Shown: piece after piece, positions 40,286 to 54,599 of the stretch
Layout of the letters: every line of letters starts with the position of its first letter
How positions within the stretch are numbered: the stretch's first letter is position 1
NCBI GenBank assembly: GCA_951406725.2
Contig: OX597819.1
Coordinates: 83,142,001 to 83,206,000, forward strand
DNA: 64,000 nt
Reading direction: 5' to 3'
Origin: Octopus vulgaris
Lineage: Eukaryota
Made by a program: the position numbers and the translations under genes
Notes under the pieces: generated by a model
The model's input: only the letters and a program-made list of their open reading frames with translations
Databases searched by the model: none
What the model was told of the DNA's origin: nothing

Positions 40286-42760
40286 GGAGATGCAGAGAAA
40301 AAGGAAAACATATCCCAACAAATTTAGTAGTAATTCTTCATGTAACGTAGTAGAAAAAAAGAAATTGTCTATGGTGGTGTTGTAGAAGTGAAACTAAATT
40401 ATTAAAATCGAAGAGGTTATCTATACTAATCATCATTCATATGAGAGGAAAGTATGTCTCTGCCAATATTTGCACTTATAGGATTTTTCTATAATTGTGT
40501 TTACCAAGGGGAAGTTTGAGAAAAGGATAAAGAAGACTTCGGAATTACAAAGGCCACAGAATTTCCTGCCCTTATCAAAAGGAAAAGATACAGATAATAT
40601 GGACCAGTCCAGTTTGAAAGTTATATTGCTGTCCTTAAGACGCCAAACTAATTTATTTAGTCCTGTACTCTGTTGTTTTCTCTTATCTCGGAAAGTTGAA
40701 TAATGATTGGAAATTCTCTGGGACAAACGAGAAGTTGTCGCGCCAATATAGAAGAAGACACCGGTACTGGAAGAAATCCTACACTGGTAAATGGAGTTTT
40801 TAATTTTGGAATTACTGGATAAGAACTTTAATCTGTTAGGGTTTTCCTCCGAGATTAAAACGGAGTTTCCATTGTTCTGATTGCTGTTAACATTACTGCT
40901 AGCGTTGATCACTACACTATTTCTATTATTGTTATTATTATTAGTTGTACTATCACCGGCAATATCCCTGACAATAGAAATGCTGTCGTTGTTACCATCA
41001 ACACTACCACTGTTATTAATTTGACTAATACTATTACTAATATTACCATTGTTAATACTAACGCTGTTACGAATGTTGTTATTATCAATACTACCTCTAT
41101 CATTACTATTGTATGTTTGGTTGGAATTGGTGAGAATAGTGTTGTAACTCCCGGGTGAAGAATCTTTGTTTAGCAGCTTATTATTATGGGAGGCGATAAT
41201 TTGCAAAAGATTTTTAGTGTTAGAGAATGCAATCCTTACCCTATACGAATTGATAATCGAGTAATACCTAGAATCCCCGGGAAAGTTCTTAGCTACGGCC
41301 TCACGGAACTGTAAAGGAAGGTTTGATTTGATTTGCTTCCCGAACGGTATAACAAACCAGATATAGTTTTTTGTGGATTTAGAATTGGTCATATTGCTAC
41401 CATTGACAGTAAAGGGAAAATGTCTATGTTGGAAATTTGGGGTTGGATGTCTATTTCCTCCCCTGGTCCGTAAATTACTTTTCTTATGTACAGGGGTGCT
41501 GACATTGTTAGAGCTGGAATCATTATTCTCACTATTTCTATTGTTATTAGTTTTCTTATCCTGAGAAGCATTTATTGGTTTAGAATGGGCCGGGTCGGTG
41601 TATGATACTTTATCTCTATAACCGGCTTTTGATAAGGCGGCGTTGTAAAATTCAGCTTTCTGGTTAAAGATGTCGACATTGGCAGACAATTTCGACAGTC
41701 TTAAAGAATGTTTTTAACTAAATTATCGGTAATTGTTTTGGCATGGTTGCTGAAAATGCTGATATATTTAAGATTAGTAGAAGGCTTATGATAAGGGAAG
41801 TATGAATTATTTTGTAGATTTAGGGTAATGTCTAAGAAGTTGGCTTTAGTTAATTCATCGTCAAAAACTATACTCAGGCCCTTTCTCCTAAAAAATCTAG
41901 CTAATCTGCTCTTAATCTTCTGTATTCTATGGTTCGAAGCATTCTGGAGGTAAAGTAGACAATCGCCCCGATATAGACCGCCACAGATGTCCGGGAATTG
42001 GTCGGCCAATTCATAGAGAATATAAATTCCGACCAAATCGGCTATTTGGGCGCTGTCTGTACTTCCCATTAGCACATCGAACGCGTTAGGGGTGTCTCTT
42101 TGGACCCACAACTTATTATCGAACTGTATGAAAGACTTTCTAGCTGCTAATATTACATTGATTTCCTCCCTGGAGAGGCCTACCTTATTATGCGCGTGCC
42201 ACAGGGCCTTATTGAGTACACTAGGGTTGATCGAGGGGTAGAAACTAGATATGTCGAATTGTATAAATTTTGTGTTTTCCTTATCAGTAATAGCAGTAAA
42301 CCACTCTACGACTTGAGCGGAGTTGGACCACAAGCTGAGTTTTAACTTTTTGATTAATATAGGTATATATTTATCTAAAATGTACTTACTAAGGGTACCG
42401 ATGTCAGAACTAGAAGGGCATATGAGCCTTAATGCAGGGTTGGTGTGAAAATTCTGTTTATGGTCCTTAACGATGAATCTTGGTTGTCTGGGGTTCAGCG
42501 GTTGTGTTTTCATTTGTAATCCGTACGTTTCCATGATTTTCTTAATTTCTAAGTTGGCTTGTCTGAGTGTATTCTTATTTGTTGTCCTGTAATTCTTATG
42601 TATTTCTTTCTTGAACAGCTCTAAATAATGGTTCTTTGCAAGCTTATATATATTCCCGGTTTTATCCGATTGGACCAGGATAGCGTCAAATTTGTTTATA
42701 TCTCTGGCGACTTTGTCGAGGTATTTGAGGTGTTTATTCCTTAGGGGTGATTTACGAAAG
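39561..42760 (-). mobile_element. 5'-truncated Penelope-like (Naiad-type) retroelement: RT, Asn-rich linker, GIY-YIG and ribozyme-containing 3' UTR
   Basis: SDKTGNIY, KDHKQNF, FIQFDISSFYPSI, FDVLMGSTDSAQIADLVG and GLYRGD in the RT. SIYQC..FYIGATT..RISNH and CGLC in the endonuclease. One frameshift near 41695. (TA)n at both ends. Confidence 0.93.
39761..39841 (-). ncRNA. Type I hammerhead ribozyme (canonical core) in the PLE 3' UTR
   Basis: Minus strand TTTC CTGATGA GATGGCGGCATA...TATGCAGCCTTC GAAA CATGT GTC GAGA. Confidence 0.85.
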
Positions 42761-42774
42761 TATATATATATGTA

Positions 42775-42878
<104 letters not shown>

Positions 42879-43373
42879 CAGACAGACATATAAACACACA
42901 AATATATATATGCACACATACATATACCTATACATAATTTGCAAACTGATAACTCTTACAGATATGTATGTACGTATTATATATGCATGCACGTATGTAT
43001 ACGAAATTACACAAGCGTACACATACATGACACATACATGCATACATATACACATGTACATGCATAAATAGATCTACACATACACACATGCATCCATACA
43101 TGCGTGTGTGTATGTGTATATTGAAAATGAAAAATTAAATATAAATCCCCACACCTGTAGAAAGCAGAAACGGTACAGCAAATATCAAATTCATTGACTA
43201 AAGTCAGTGCAGTTTTTGAATATACCTTTTTTCAAAATGAAACCACTGATGATACTTTGCAAAAATAGTCACTCCCATATGAATATTTTTTTTAAACTGC
43301 TCTTATACAGCCAGTAATTTAATATTCTTTCCATTTCACTTCCCGCCGTTTTATTACTGAATGTATTCATAGA

Positions 43374-43412
<39 letters not shown>

Positions 43413-43784
43413 TCATTATAGCTGCTGTGCAGCTCCCTATCCCACAGAACAATATCAGGTCTGTTATGTTTGCACCGAATTGCTGTTTTGCTGTTTTTAT
43501 TGGAGTTCTCTACAAGTATTCATTGTCTTTAAAGGTGTGAATACATCCTGGTTATGAAATGCCTTTGATGTATACACCGGGGCAAATCCTTCCTGCAGAT
43601 AGCGTTGTATTTATATCATGCTTCAAGGGTAGCTAATATCTCGTAGATATATTGGAGCAGCTGATTATGATATGCGTGATAACTTCAACACTGGCATATC
43701 ATAGACAATATTTTCTTTCACAACAGGAGGTTTGATGGTATCTCTTGTTTATCAGGTATTTAGTAGCTCTCCTGTTCCTGGATA

Positions 43785-44320
43785 GCAAAAGTTCATTTTT
43801 TGCACTCTCACCTAGATTTTTCCCCGAAAACTTGTGTGATATTAGTGAGGAGCATGGTGAAAGATTTCATCAGGACATCGCAACTATGGAAAGAAGATAC
43901 CAAGGACGATGGGATACTGCTATGATGGGAGATTATATATGGTCCCTAGTCAGAAGAGATGAAGGTATACACTCCAGAAAATCTCGGTCGTCAAAGCACT
44001 TCTCATCTTCAGAAAAGAGTTATCAAGGCATTTACAGTGCAGAGTTTATTGTTTCTTTTTGTTCTAACTAATATTATACTTCCTACAATATATGAAAAAG
44101 TACTAAATGTTGTGTAATTATCCTTACAATACTAGAATAGACTGAACCAACAAAGTGCTGTGGAGAAAAGTTACAAATATAACGAGCAAATATGAAATTA
44201 GGAATAAATAAATAACTATCGATGTTGCGTCAAAACGAATGTGATTTTTTAATTTAGTGGAAAAAATGCATATATGAGCATTAAAAAATACAAATAAACA
44301 AACCATGTGTTACATTGTGT
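43785..44320 (+). mobile_element. 3' fragment of a Chapaev3-like (CMC) DNA transposon
   Basis: FFPENLCDISEEHGERFHQDIATMERRYQGRWDTAMMGDYIWSL. Terminus-like tgttacattgtg. Confidence 0.7.
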
Positions 44321-44943
44321 AATTTATGACATTTTTTATTAATCATTACATGTGAAAATAGATTTAAAGAAAATGGTTCAGAATTTTTTAGTGATCGAAT
44401 TAGAAACATTCTGTGCATAGATCAATGCAAACATATTGATCATCGTCTGAAGATCCATGAAGTGGATGGTTTAGACATTTTTCCTCCGATTTGGACAAGA
44501 TAATAATAAATTTATTTTCTTTTAATTCTAAATGGCTTGTTATAGATGTTGAATAATAACAATATAATGCTGTCCTAAGTTGGGAGAGCTAATTCAATTA
44601 ATGTTCAAACAATTTTAGCAGCAAATATTAATTTATTCAATAGGTCAAAACATTTCTAGCAAAGGTATGAAGGGTTGTTCATATTTATTAGTAAATTTAT
44701 TTTATAGCAAAACATGTTAAAGAATGTGAAAGATATTTTTCAGCAAATATTAATAATATCGAAAAAGTAAGTTTGCAGTTGAACATGTCGAAGCTTGTAA
44801 CAACTGATGAGATAACGGTTATGTAAAATCTAATTGTTTATATTTATAGTTATGCGAAAGTGACGCGTAAGTGTAAAAATCTATGCTTGTATATATATAT
44901 ATATGATTGTATATATATTTCTTGTTATCAATAACATTCATCT

Positions 44944-45032
44944 TTAAGAAAGAGAAATATATTTCTCTAGCATCTGAACTGCTAATAAAAACGAAAATAT
45001 GATGGCGAACACTGTATTCTGATTTGCAGCGC
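44944..45032 (-). CDS. Gene B terminal coding exon with a GPI-signal-like tail; (G)AANQNTVFAIIFSFLLAVQMLEKYISLS*
   Basis: ttttgtag acceptor and TAA stop on the minus strand. Length 89 nt. The 3' UTR (about 44600-44940) is homologous to 29100-29420. Confidence 0.88.
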
Positions 45033-45914
45033 CTACAAAAGAAAATACAAATTATGTATCAGCATCAATGTAACTTTGTTTTCTTTAAGAAGTGTCACAT
45101 TTAATAAAGCCTGTAAATCAAATCACTGGTTGTTGTGTGGCTATATTTCACATTTTTTTTCTTTGAAAGCCTTTGTTGTTTGTTTATGCTTGCTAAAATC
45201 CAAGCATTTAAAAATGTACAGGATTATTGAAAAAAATATTTTTGCCGTCATAAACAAACAGCTTCGGAAAAATAAGAAGAAGTGAACTATAAACAAACAG
45301 AAGCTGGTGAGATTATTTATAAGTTTTATTAATTATGACTCTTCTCAAACATAACGTTTCAATAGAGTTTCAGATCAAAGATTTTATATAAAAAAATACA
45401 AATTCAAAAATCGAAAAATCAAGACACTAAAAACTAATGAAGTCAACGTGATGTGATTACGTTAAAGCGAAAAACAAAAATGCCCGAAAGTATGAATCAG
45501 TATGACAATATAGTTTAGACAAACATAGAATAAGCCATCATGAAAAGTGATTTCAAGTGAATCGAGTTAAAATCGCTATCATGTCTGTAGGAGTAATTAA
45601 ATATTCGGATTTTAACCCAGAGGTGTTCTAGATAAATGTGAACCAGGCTTGAAAGATGGTCTCCCAAATTACTGGAAATTTGTCCAAAGTGACGGGGTCT
45701 TTGTACATAGTCAATCTTAAATACTTTATCTCCTAACTATGATATTAATTTTACGAGTAGTCAAAATAGTGTGCTTAACCGTACTTGAGGATTTTACTAA
45801 ATTTGAAGCCATATTTAGCATTTAATGTCTAAAAATTGAGACACTTTCAGCCTGTGAAACTTTATACATGCAGCCTACTCCACGAATACACTACAAATAA
45901 ATTATAATCTCTTC

Positions 45915-46115
45915 TACTATAGGCACAAGGCCTGAGACTTGGGAGTGAGGGGTCCTAGTCGATTACATCGACAACGTTATTCGGCTAGTACTTACTTCAT
46001 AGAAAGGATGAATGGCAAAGCTGACCTCGGCGGATTGTGATCTCTGAACGTAAAGACGGGCGAAATGCTGCGAAACATTTTGCCCTGTGTGCTAACGATT
46101 CTGCCAGCTCACCAA
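45915..46115 (-). mobile_element. SINE family 2 copy
   Basis: gctaacgattctgccagctcacc end. Homologous to 8430-8650. Confidence 0.7.
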
Positions 46116-48044
46116 GTCCAAACATGTAAAAACATACTTCGAAATGCAAGATTATTTTGGATTTTAGCATCCGATACAACAATTTCAGGTGATTAGTCCG
46201 ATACATTTTGATAGTAGGCACAAATGTCTATTATATTATCAAAATTCGGACAGTGAAAATATTAAGATCTGGAATTAATAGTTACCGCATAATGGCCTAA
46301 GACTCAAATGGGCCATGTCTGATCTCCGGAAATCCAATGTGGGCCATTTTTTCAACTCTTTTTCAACATTTTTCAAATGTTTTCAACTCTTAGCACAAAT
46401 TCATTTGCTTTAAAAATAAGCAATAAACTAGCTTTAAAATCCAGGGGTTGGGTATATCTCAAACTTGAGATAGTATAAGTATGGCCCCAAATTAAGCGAA
46501 ATTCTCAAATTAGGCCCGGCCCCTATTGTGGATGCTTACATAGTTAGGAGCTAAAATTTAAAAAGTAAAGAAGTATGTATGTCTGCACAAACTAGTTTTC
46601 AGAAGGCTGATCGATGGATGGATGGATGGATGGATGCACGGACGGACGGACGGACGGATGGATGGATGGATGGACTGTAATTACTAGTTATAATAAGGTT
46701 TCCAACACTAATAGTATTGTTGCACAGTTCTTCAGTTATTTTAATGTTCTGGCAGTGAAAAGAAAAGTAATATAGACAACTTAGATTGGGTCCATCCAGT
46801 ATTTATCCAAGACCATGTGTACTTAATGGCACCAACTAGTGAAGTTATATGTTAGGAAACTATAGCCAAATCAGTAGAGTGTTGTAATTAACCGAAATAT
46901 ATCTGGGAATCACTGGTTTATTCTTAACTTCTTGAAATAATTTGTCTCGGTATCGTTCGAAGGCTATGGGAACATTTTAATATTTGATTTTTTTCAAAAC
47001 GGTGTTATATATATATATACATGTACATATGTGTGTGAGACAGTGAGAAAGGTGGGAAGAGAGAGAGAGAGAAAGAGAAAGTGAGAAAGATAGAAGTAAG
47101 AGACAGAGATTCAAACTCATACATACACGCACATATACATAATGGATAGATATCTAGAAAACTTTCCCCATATATATGTATGTGCGTGTGTGTGTGTATG
47201 TTTGCGCGTGTGTGCGCGTGTACTTGCGTGTGCGTGTGTGCGTGTGTGTGTGTGTTTGTGTGTGTGCGTGTATGGATATCTGTAGGTGCCTACATACATA
47301 CATATATATGAAAGTGGGAGAGAATTTGAGAGAGAATCAGGCAGAAAGCATTTTCCACCGACGTACACGAGGGTCACGATGACAGCCAAGTACATATGCC
47401 TTTCAAAAGAGAAGGCTACGACGTACGATATCTGATAGTTTTTTATAAGAACAACGCAGAACTGATTTCAAAAGCAACCAGAGGTGCTGATTCTGTATTG
47501 CGTAAGAATCTTATCATCCTTATACTTTTCATCCGCATATATTCTTGAACTGCAACGTGAAGATTTTCACATCTTGGCTCTATGAACGAAAAGTATAATG
47601 TGAGACAGTGATCAAGACCCACCCAACGGTAAAGACTGGTGTCTGCTTCGTATAAACATATGTGACGTATGAGACCATCAATCTTCCCACAACCCCAGAT
47701 TTTTCTAAATCTTTCCTTTTTTATACCCTGCCACTCTGTTTCCTTCTCTCTCACTCTCTCTCTCACTCATTCACACACTCTCTCTCTCACTCATTCACAC
47801 ACTCTCTCTCTCACTCACTCACTCACTCTCTCTTTCTCACATACACACACACACTGTCTCTCCCTCTAATTTTCTCTCCTCCTCCTCACTCTCTCTCATT
47901 TTTCATATGTATACGTGTATATATGCTTGTATATATATATACATATATATACATATATATATATACATATATATATATACATACATATATATATACATAC
48001 ATATATATATATATACATACATATATACATACATATATATATAC

Positions 48045-48384
48045 TCTTTTACTCGACCCCGGGACTTATTCTTTGTAAGCCCAGTACTTATTCTATCGGT
48101 GTCTTTTGCCGAACCGCTAAGTGACGGGGACGTAAACACACCAGCATCATGCTAGGGGGACAAACACAGACACACAAACACACAAACACATACATATATA
48201 TATATATATATATACATATATACGACAGGCTTCTTTCAGTTTCCGTCTACCAAATCCACTCACAAGGCATTGGTCGGCCCGGGGCTATAGTAGAAGACAC
48301 TTGCCCAAGATGCCACGCAGTGGACTGAACCCGGAACCATGTGGTTGGTTAGCAAGCTTCTTACCACACAACCACTCCTGCGCC

Positions 48385-48385
<1 letters not shown>
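48045..48385 (-). mobile_element. tRNA-derived SINE (family 1)
   Basis: Reverse-complement homolog of 23366-23765. Confidence 0.85.
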
Positions 48386-48459
<74 letters not shown>

Positions 48460-48462
<3 letters not shown>

Positions 48463-50348
48463 ATTTTAATCCAAACGGGAAAACAAAAAAACAACAACAA
48501 TGGAACAATTACAGTATTATTATTAATAGGCGCTCAGGAAATGGAAGCAGGAAGGTATGACGTTTCGAGCGGAGCTCTTCGTCGGAAACATAAAGAAGGA
48601 AGAGAGAGGAAAGAAAGATCCCAAACGAGCAACAGGGGATAGAGAAAAAAACGACTGGTTTTTACGAGTTACACATGGTGAAAGGCGGAAGTTTACGATA
48701 ACAAGAGCAAAGTAGGTTTTTAAAGCCAAAAGAGTGGAGACAAGGTTGGTAACGCAACAGATGTGTGTGTATGTGTGAGTGTGTGCGTGTGCGTGTGTGT
48801 ATGTGTGTGTGTGAGGCGAGATAAAAAAACAGAAAATATATGTATGTGTTAGTGTGTGCGTCTGTGTGTAGGCGTGTGAGGTAGGGCGAGACAGTGGTAG
48901 GCATAGCAGACAGTGGTCAGTAGTAAGAAAAAGAAGGAAGGAGGAAGGGAGGGAGGGGAAGGGGTGGGGGCGTATGTAGCGTGCCAGCGTGTGTTGAGTA
49001 GTAGTGTGTGTGTGTGTCCAGTGTCGTGGTAGTATTAATGGCGAGTAGATTGAATGTGTGTAAGAGTAATGTATATATTTAAGCAATGTGTGTATATGTG
49101 TGCGCGTGTGTGTAACAAAAAAGGGCGGGGTTAAGGAAAAAGGACTCCAGCTGAGGGGAAGATGGAAGAGTGGTCCCGCGGAGACGGGCGTGGGAAAACC
49201 CAACGACAAGCGACGGTCCCAGGAACGAGCGGGAGGTCTCGTCGGGTCCAAGAGTGAGGTGCATGCGGCGCGTATGCGTGCGCGAACCGGCGCAAGCGCG
49301 TGTGTGCGCGCGCCCGCGAGTATGCGCGTAAGTATGTATGTGTGTGGATGTGTGAGTGTGTCTGTGTGTATGTCTGGGTGTCAGTGTGTCCGATGAATGT
49401 ATGTGAGTATGTGTGTATATATGTGTGTGCATAGATGTATGTCCGTGTGTGTGTGTGTGTGTATGTGTATGAGTGTGTATGTATGTACGTGTGGGTGTGT
49501 GGAAGTGTGTGTATGTGCATGTGTGTGCGCGTACATACAGGTGTGTGAGTGAGTGTGTGTGTGTGTATGTATGTGTGAGTGTGTATGTATGTGTGTGTAG
49601 GATGCATGTATGTGTATGGGTGTATGTATGTGTGTGTGTATGTATGTATGTGTACGTGCGTGTGTGTGTGTGTATGCGTGTAGGTGTGCGCGTGCATGCA
49701 TGCATGCATGCATGTGTGTGTGTGTGTGTGTGCATGTGTGTGTGTGTGTGCATGTGTGTGGGTATATATGTATGTGCGTATATGTGTGTGTATGTGCGTA
49801 CATGTGTGTGTGTGTATGCATGTGTGTGTGTATGTGCGTACATGTGTGTATAGGTGTATGTATGTAAGTATGTATGGGTGTGTCCGTGTATGTGTGTGTA
49901 TGTATGTGTGTGTATGTAGGTGTGTGGGCGTGTGTATATATGTGTGTATGTAGGTGTGTAGGCGTGTGTATATAGGTGTATGTATGTATGTCTGGGTGTG
50001 TCCGTGCATGTTTGTGTGTGTGTGTGTATGCATGTGTATGTAGGTGTGTGTGTACGTGTGTAATGTATGTGTGTATGCGTGTGTGTGCGTGCGTGTGTGT
50101 ATGTAGGTGCGTGTGTATGTGTGTGGGAGTGTAGGTGTGTGTGTGCGTGTGCGTGTTTATGTTGGTGTGTGCGTATGTGAGTGTGAGTGTATGGGTGTTT
50201 TTCATGCATGTGTGTGCGCGTGCAGGTGAGTGTGTGTGTAAGTATGTGTGTGTGTATGTTTGTGTGAGTGTGTATGTGTGTTTGTCTGTGTGTATGTATG
50301 TGCGTATAGGAGTATGTAGGTATGTGTGTGTGTATGTGTATGTGTGTA

Positions 50349-50379
<31 letters not shown>

Positions 50380-50430
50380 ATAAGTATATGTGTGTGTGCA
50401 TATGTGTGTGTATGTGTATGTGTGTGTATT
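48460..50430 (-). mobile_element. Non-coding hammerhead-bearing element with a long degenerate (CA)-rich tract
   Basis: 48460-48600 is homologous to 34270-34418. Includes a GC-rich segment at 49120-49330 and about 1.1 kb of cryptic TG repeat. Confidence 0.55.
48555..48589 (-). ncRNA. Minimal hammerhead, U4C variant
   Basis: Minus strand GTTT CCGACGA a GAGC-tcc-GCTC GAAA CG TC ATAC, with a GUC site. Confidence 0.65.
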
Positions 50431-50466
<36 letters not shown>

Positions 50467-50603
50467 TATAGAAAATAGTAAAGAGTGAAAAAACTACAGA
50501 AGGCTTAAATGTTAAAAAATATATATATTTGCGTCAATATGTCTGAAGAATATTAGAAAATTTTAAAAAAAATTTTTTTTCCTCTTATAATGACATAATT
50601 TAA

Positions 50604-50642
50604 AAGAAAGACCGGTTTCGCGTGTAGCTTTTCAAATTTCTT
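50604..50642 (-). ncRNA. Minimal hammerhead, U3-A8 variant
   Basis: Minus strand AAGAAAt TTGAAAA GC-tacac-GC GAAA CCGG TC TTTCTT, inside a 190-bp element between (TA)n tracts. Confidence 0.6.
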
Positions 50643-50648
50643 GCGACA

Positions 50649-50716
<68 letters not shown>

Positions 50717-50992
50717 CATACATATATATATATACATATATACATATATAAACATACATATATATATACATACATATATATATACTTGAAGTCGGAGAAA
50801 AATAATCTTATAAGGAAAAAAAGTGTTTGTATATTTAATCATACGTGAGTAGAGGCATATTTGCATATTAGTGTAAATAGATATTGGAATTCTAGTTGTT
50901 TTATGATTAGGTTATGCATAAAAAAAAGTAACACCTTACAAAAATATTTCATGAAGGTAAATATTGGAGCAGGAAAGATACACCAGACTGTT

Positions 50993-51071
<79 letters not shown>

Positions 51072-51594
51072 CGTTAATTAAAATTCTCTTATATATTTTA
51101 ACAACTTGTCTTCTCCATTTTTAAGTAAATTGATGAGTTTTATCGGATTTCTTTCCATAAATTCACATCATATACAAGTATATATATATATATATATATT
51201 GTACATGTATGGATGTAAGTGCAAAGTGCATATCTATATATGTGTGTGTGATTATGTATAATGAAATTTGCATGTACACTTCTGATGTTTCTACCTACCA
51301 AGTCACTTCACATAGCTCTTTATACCATAAAAAACCTTAAAAACCTACTCTGGCAGTTTGTGAGTTCCTCCATGCTTTATATTTTTCAGGTTACTTTTCT
51401 GGAAACTAAATGGTTTGTTTTTCGCATTTACTATTATGACCCACTGGATGTAAATTTAATCATTTATCTAGCCATCCAACAGACTAGCCATCTGCCCATC
51501 GATCCATCCATCCACCTATCCATCCACCCATCCATCTATCCATCCGCCCATCCTCCCATCCATCCATCCATCCATGATTACCTACATACATGCA

Positions 51595-51625
<31 letters not shown>

Positions 51626-52759
51626 CATACATACATACATACATACATACATACATACATACATACATACATACATACTTGCATTGCAAAATAAGAGTTG
51701 TTAAGGATATTAAAATATTTTTACATAGTGTAAACATTATCTGATATAGCACTGAATATGCTGGTAGAGTAGATAGATATGTTTCTTATATCAAATCTTG
51801 ACCGGTTAGGTGGGCTATTTTTCGCGAACTCCAATAGCTTTGTATGAGAGATGTGAAGGAATATTTGCTACTTAGATAATCACAATTGACTAACTACGAC
51901 AAGTTGGGTGAGACGAAGGGATGAAATACCAGAGAGTTTAGATGATTATGGCATTGTGCAGGTCGTGGATATGTGGTAAGTTGCTTTGATGAAGTAGTAG
52001 CTGGATGACTCAATAGATGCAGGAACGGTAATTGTTTGATAAACATTGGATTTAAATTTGAGAAATTAAAGATGTTTTGTGAATTTGTGCTGGTCGAATA
52101 TGCAAGTATATACTGTGGCTTTTGTTACGTGCTAATGAAGGAGCCACTACACAGTTGTTTCTGCTGTGAGAAATAACTGCCAAATGCTCTTGAAGTCGCA
52201 GCCTACTTACATAGTAATTATTGTAGAGAGTTCAGAATGGCAAATGAATCGGCTTCTGTAATAACAGTGTTGTTGTGAGGTTAATGATTAAATCAAGGGA
52301 GGTTGTGAATATTGAAGTCACTGACGATCATGACTTTAGAAGCGATAATGTAACATGAACATGTCCTTGATGCTAAAGAGAGACAGAGTGAGAGAGTGGG
52401 GAGGGAAATAGTTAATGGTAGTTGGAAGAGATCAGAGAGTTGTAGGAACAATCGGAAACCTTTGTGTCAGAGTAACTGGAAGTCTTTTTCCCTTACATCG
52501 AGCTGAGAGATATACAAATGGAACAGAGATGTTACTTAGATGTCAGAGAGTGGACACACATAAAATCTAAAGGTTTTATGCGTCAGGGAAGAGGTAATAA
52601 CTTGGGTATTAGTAAGTGATAATGCGCAGAGTCAGTATTGAATCTTTTTTATGATTTATGTTAAATTGCATGCATTACACTTGAATTCACCTCATTTTCG
52701 CATTAACCACACTGCTAATTTCCTTAGTTATGCCTTACAATAAATAAGAAACTACTTAC

Positions 52760-52842
52760 CACTACATTCCATAAGTTTCATATACTTTTCTTCCAACTTA
52801 CAATTGGCCGCTTCATTACATTTGCCTTCTTCTCTAAAATAT
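52760..52842 (-). CDS. Gene B internal exon (phase 2 to 1); YFREEGKCNEAANCKLEEKYMKLMECS
   Basis: Bounded on the minus strand by tcttcctag and GTAAGT. Length 83 nt. Paralog of 28272-28354. Confidence 0.88.
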
Positions 52843-53289
52843 CTAGGAAGAGATTTAAAAAATGTTGTTGAATCGATATAATGCGGAATAAAACTTAGTT
52901 GACAGTATTCACAATGTTTTCCTCGTGCTCCTATAAATAACCCCTTGCCTGTCCTGTGTATTACAAGTGATACGCAAAACATATTTCTCTGGAGTCCGTG
53001 CATCCATATAATATACACCTTCCTATTTTTTTGAAACACCACAGTAACTTTGGACTAATGAAGGGAAAGTTTTATACTACTCAGAACATAAGAAACAAGG
53101 GCTAACTAAAAGCCTGAAAATAAGCGTTGACATTTAGGAGAAAGTTAAAAATTCTTTTGAGAGATGCAAAAGGTTAAAATAATCTATATTTTACGCATCA
53201 ATGGATATAAACAAACAAACAGATAGAGGAAAAATTTATGGTGATATTTTCTAAGATATGGCCCACTTGGTTTCAAATTGCTCAATACC

Positions 53290-53722
53290 ATAGATTTACT
53301 TGTCAGTTGTTTGACCATAACCAGTTGAGCAACCAAATGTCCCTTAGTGGCTGACGATATGTGAATCTCTGATCACAAGCAGAAGTAGTGGTGGAGCGTC
53401 ATAGCCATGTATTGAGAGGGATTCTTTGGCGTTTGGATAATTCACCTTTGGAAACATAGGTGTTTCATTCAACATTTTTAAACAACCCTTATTCAGACCT
53501 TTTCAGTGGGATGGGCTACTCAACCTGAATAAAATTCTAACTGACCTCCACCTGCAAGATCATGCGCTATTAATCTTGATATGAGGCCATTATATCGCGC
53601 ACATATGGTTGTGATACATGTGCCAGTTGTATCCTTATCAGACGAGTAGTCATGATTGGTATCCTGGGCTTCGTATATTTTACCCCAGTGTCACTTTAAT
53701 GGCATGCACTGCTGTCTCATTT
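53290..53722 (-). repeat. Interspersed repeat anchored in (TAA)n (same family as 18843-19152)
   Basis: Reverse-complement homology to 18843-19152. Confidence 0.75.
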
Positions 53723-53726
53723 AATG

Positions 53727-53797
<71 letters not shown>

Positions 53798-54599
53798 CAA
53801 CCCGAGACCTAAAAATACCAGGTTGGCGTCTGGTGGGGTTAATCCTGTCTCATTGTAGTTTCACATTTGCGTCGTTTATTTTTACCCACACATACATTCT
53901 TTTTGGGGTGTCATCACGACTTTCCGTTGATCAAACTTTTTTAGAAGAATTTTTTCCGACCTTTTCTGCTTCGCTATGCAGTGCGAGTATTTATGTCCTA
54001 TTTTTTGACAACTAAAATATTACCGAGTTTTAAATGGACAGTCTTTCTTAAACTCCAGACATTCACACCCATTGCATGGATTAAGTCGTAACATTCTTTT
54101 TTCTTTATTTATTCCCGGTTGACATGTCTGTACTTGGGAGAATTTTTTTTTCCTCAAATTTTCTTTACGTCCTGTCACAAGCTGATAATTCTTTGACATT
54201 CCTCTGAGAGACATGATATTGGTATGTCTTGTGATATTTTGTTGTAGTATGCAGATTATGTTGCTGATATTGACGATGTTGTTCATCTTCCTGCTGCTGT
54301 TGTTGTTGTTGTTCTCATGAGATTATCAATCCTATTTTTGTTGTTGCTTCTGTTGTGGCTGGCATTGTTTTTGTTCTTGCTTTTGCGTTTGCTGATTTTA
54401 ATGTTGTGGCTGTTGTTGTTAATTCTGTTAGTAGTAGTGGTGGTGTTCCTATTGTTGACATTGTTGCTGCTTTTGCTCTTGATGGGACTACTGTAATGGC
54501 AATGGCATTGGCTGTAGTGGCAAATGGTTTTCTTCTCCCTGCTTTTGCAGTCGGCAGAAAATTCTTAGATGGCTTATTTGACCAAGTAGGTAACACCTT

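Noticed and set aside
49079-50401. 440-aa His/Thr-rich ORF and the many YIYI, HTHT, poly-F, poly-K and poly-I ORFs across the window
   Set aside because: These are translations of stop-free microsatellites and show no coding signal.
50960-51080. Possible hammerhead half (minus strand GAAACAGTCTGGTG) next to (TA)n
   Set aside because: No CUGANGA-type 5' core or stem I partner is visible.
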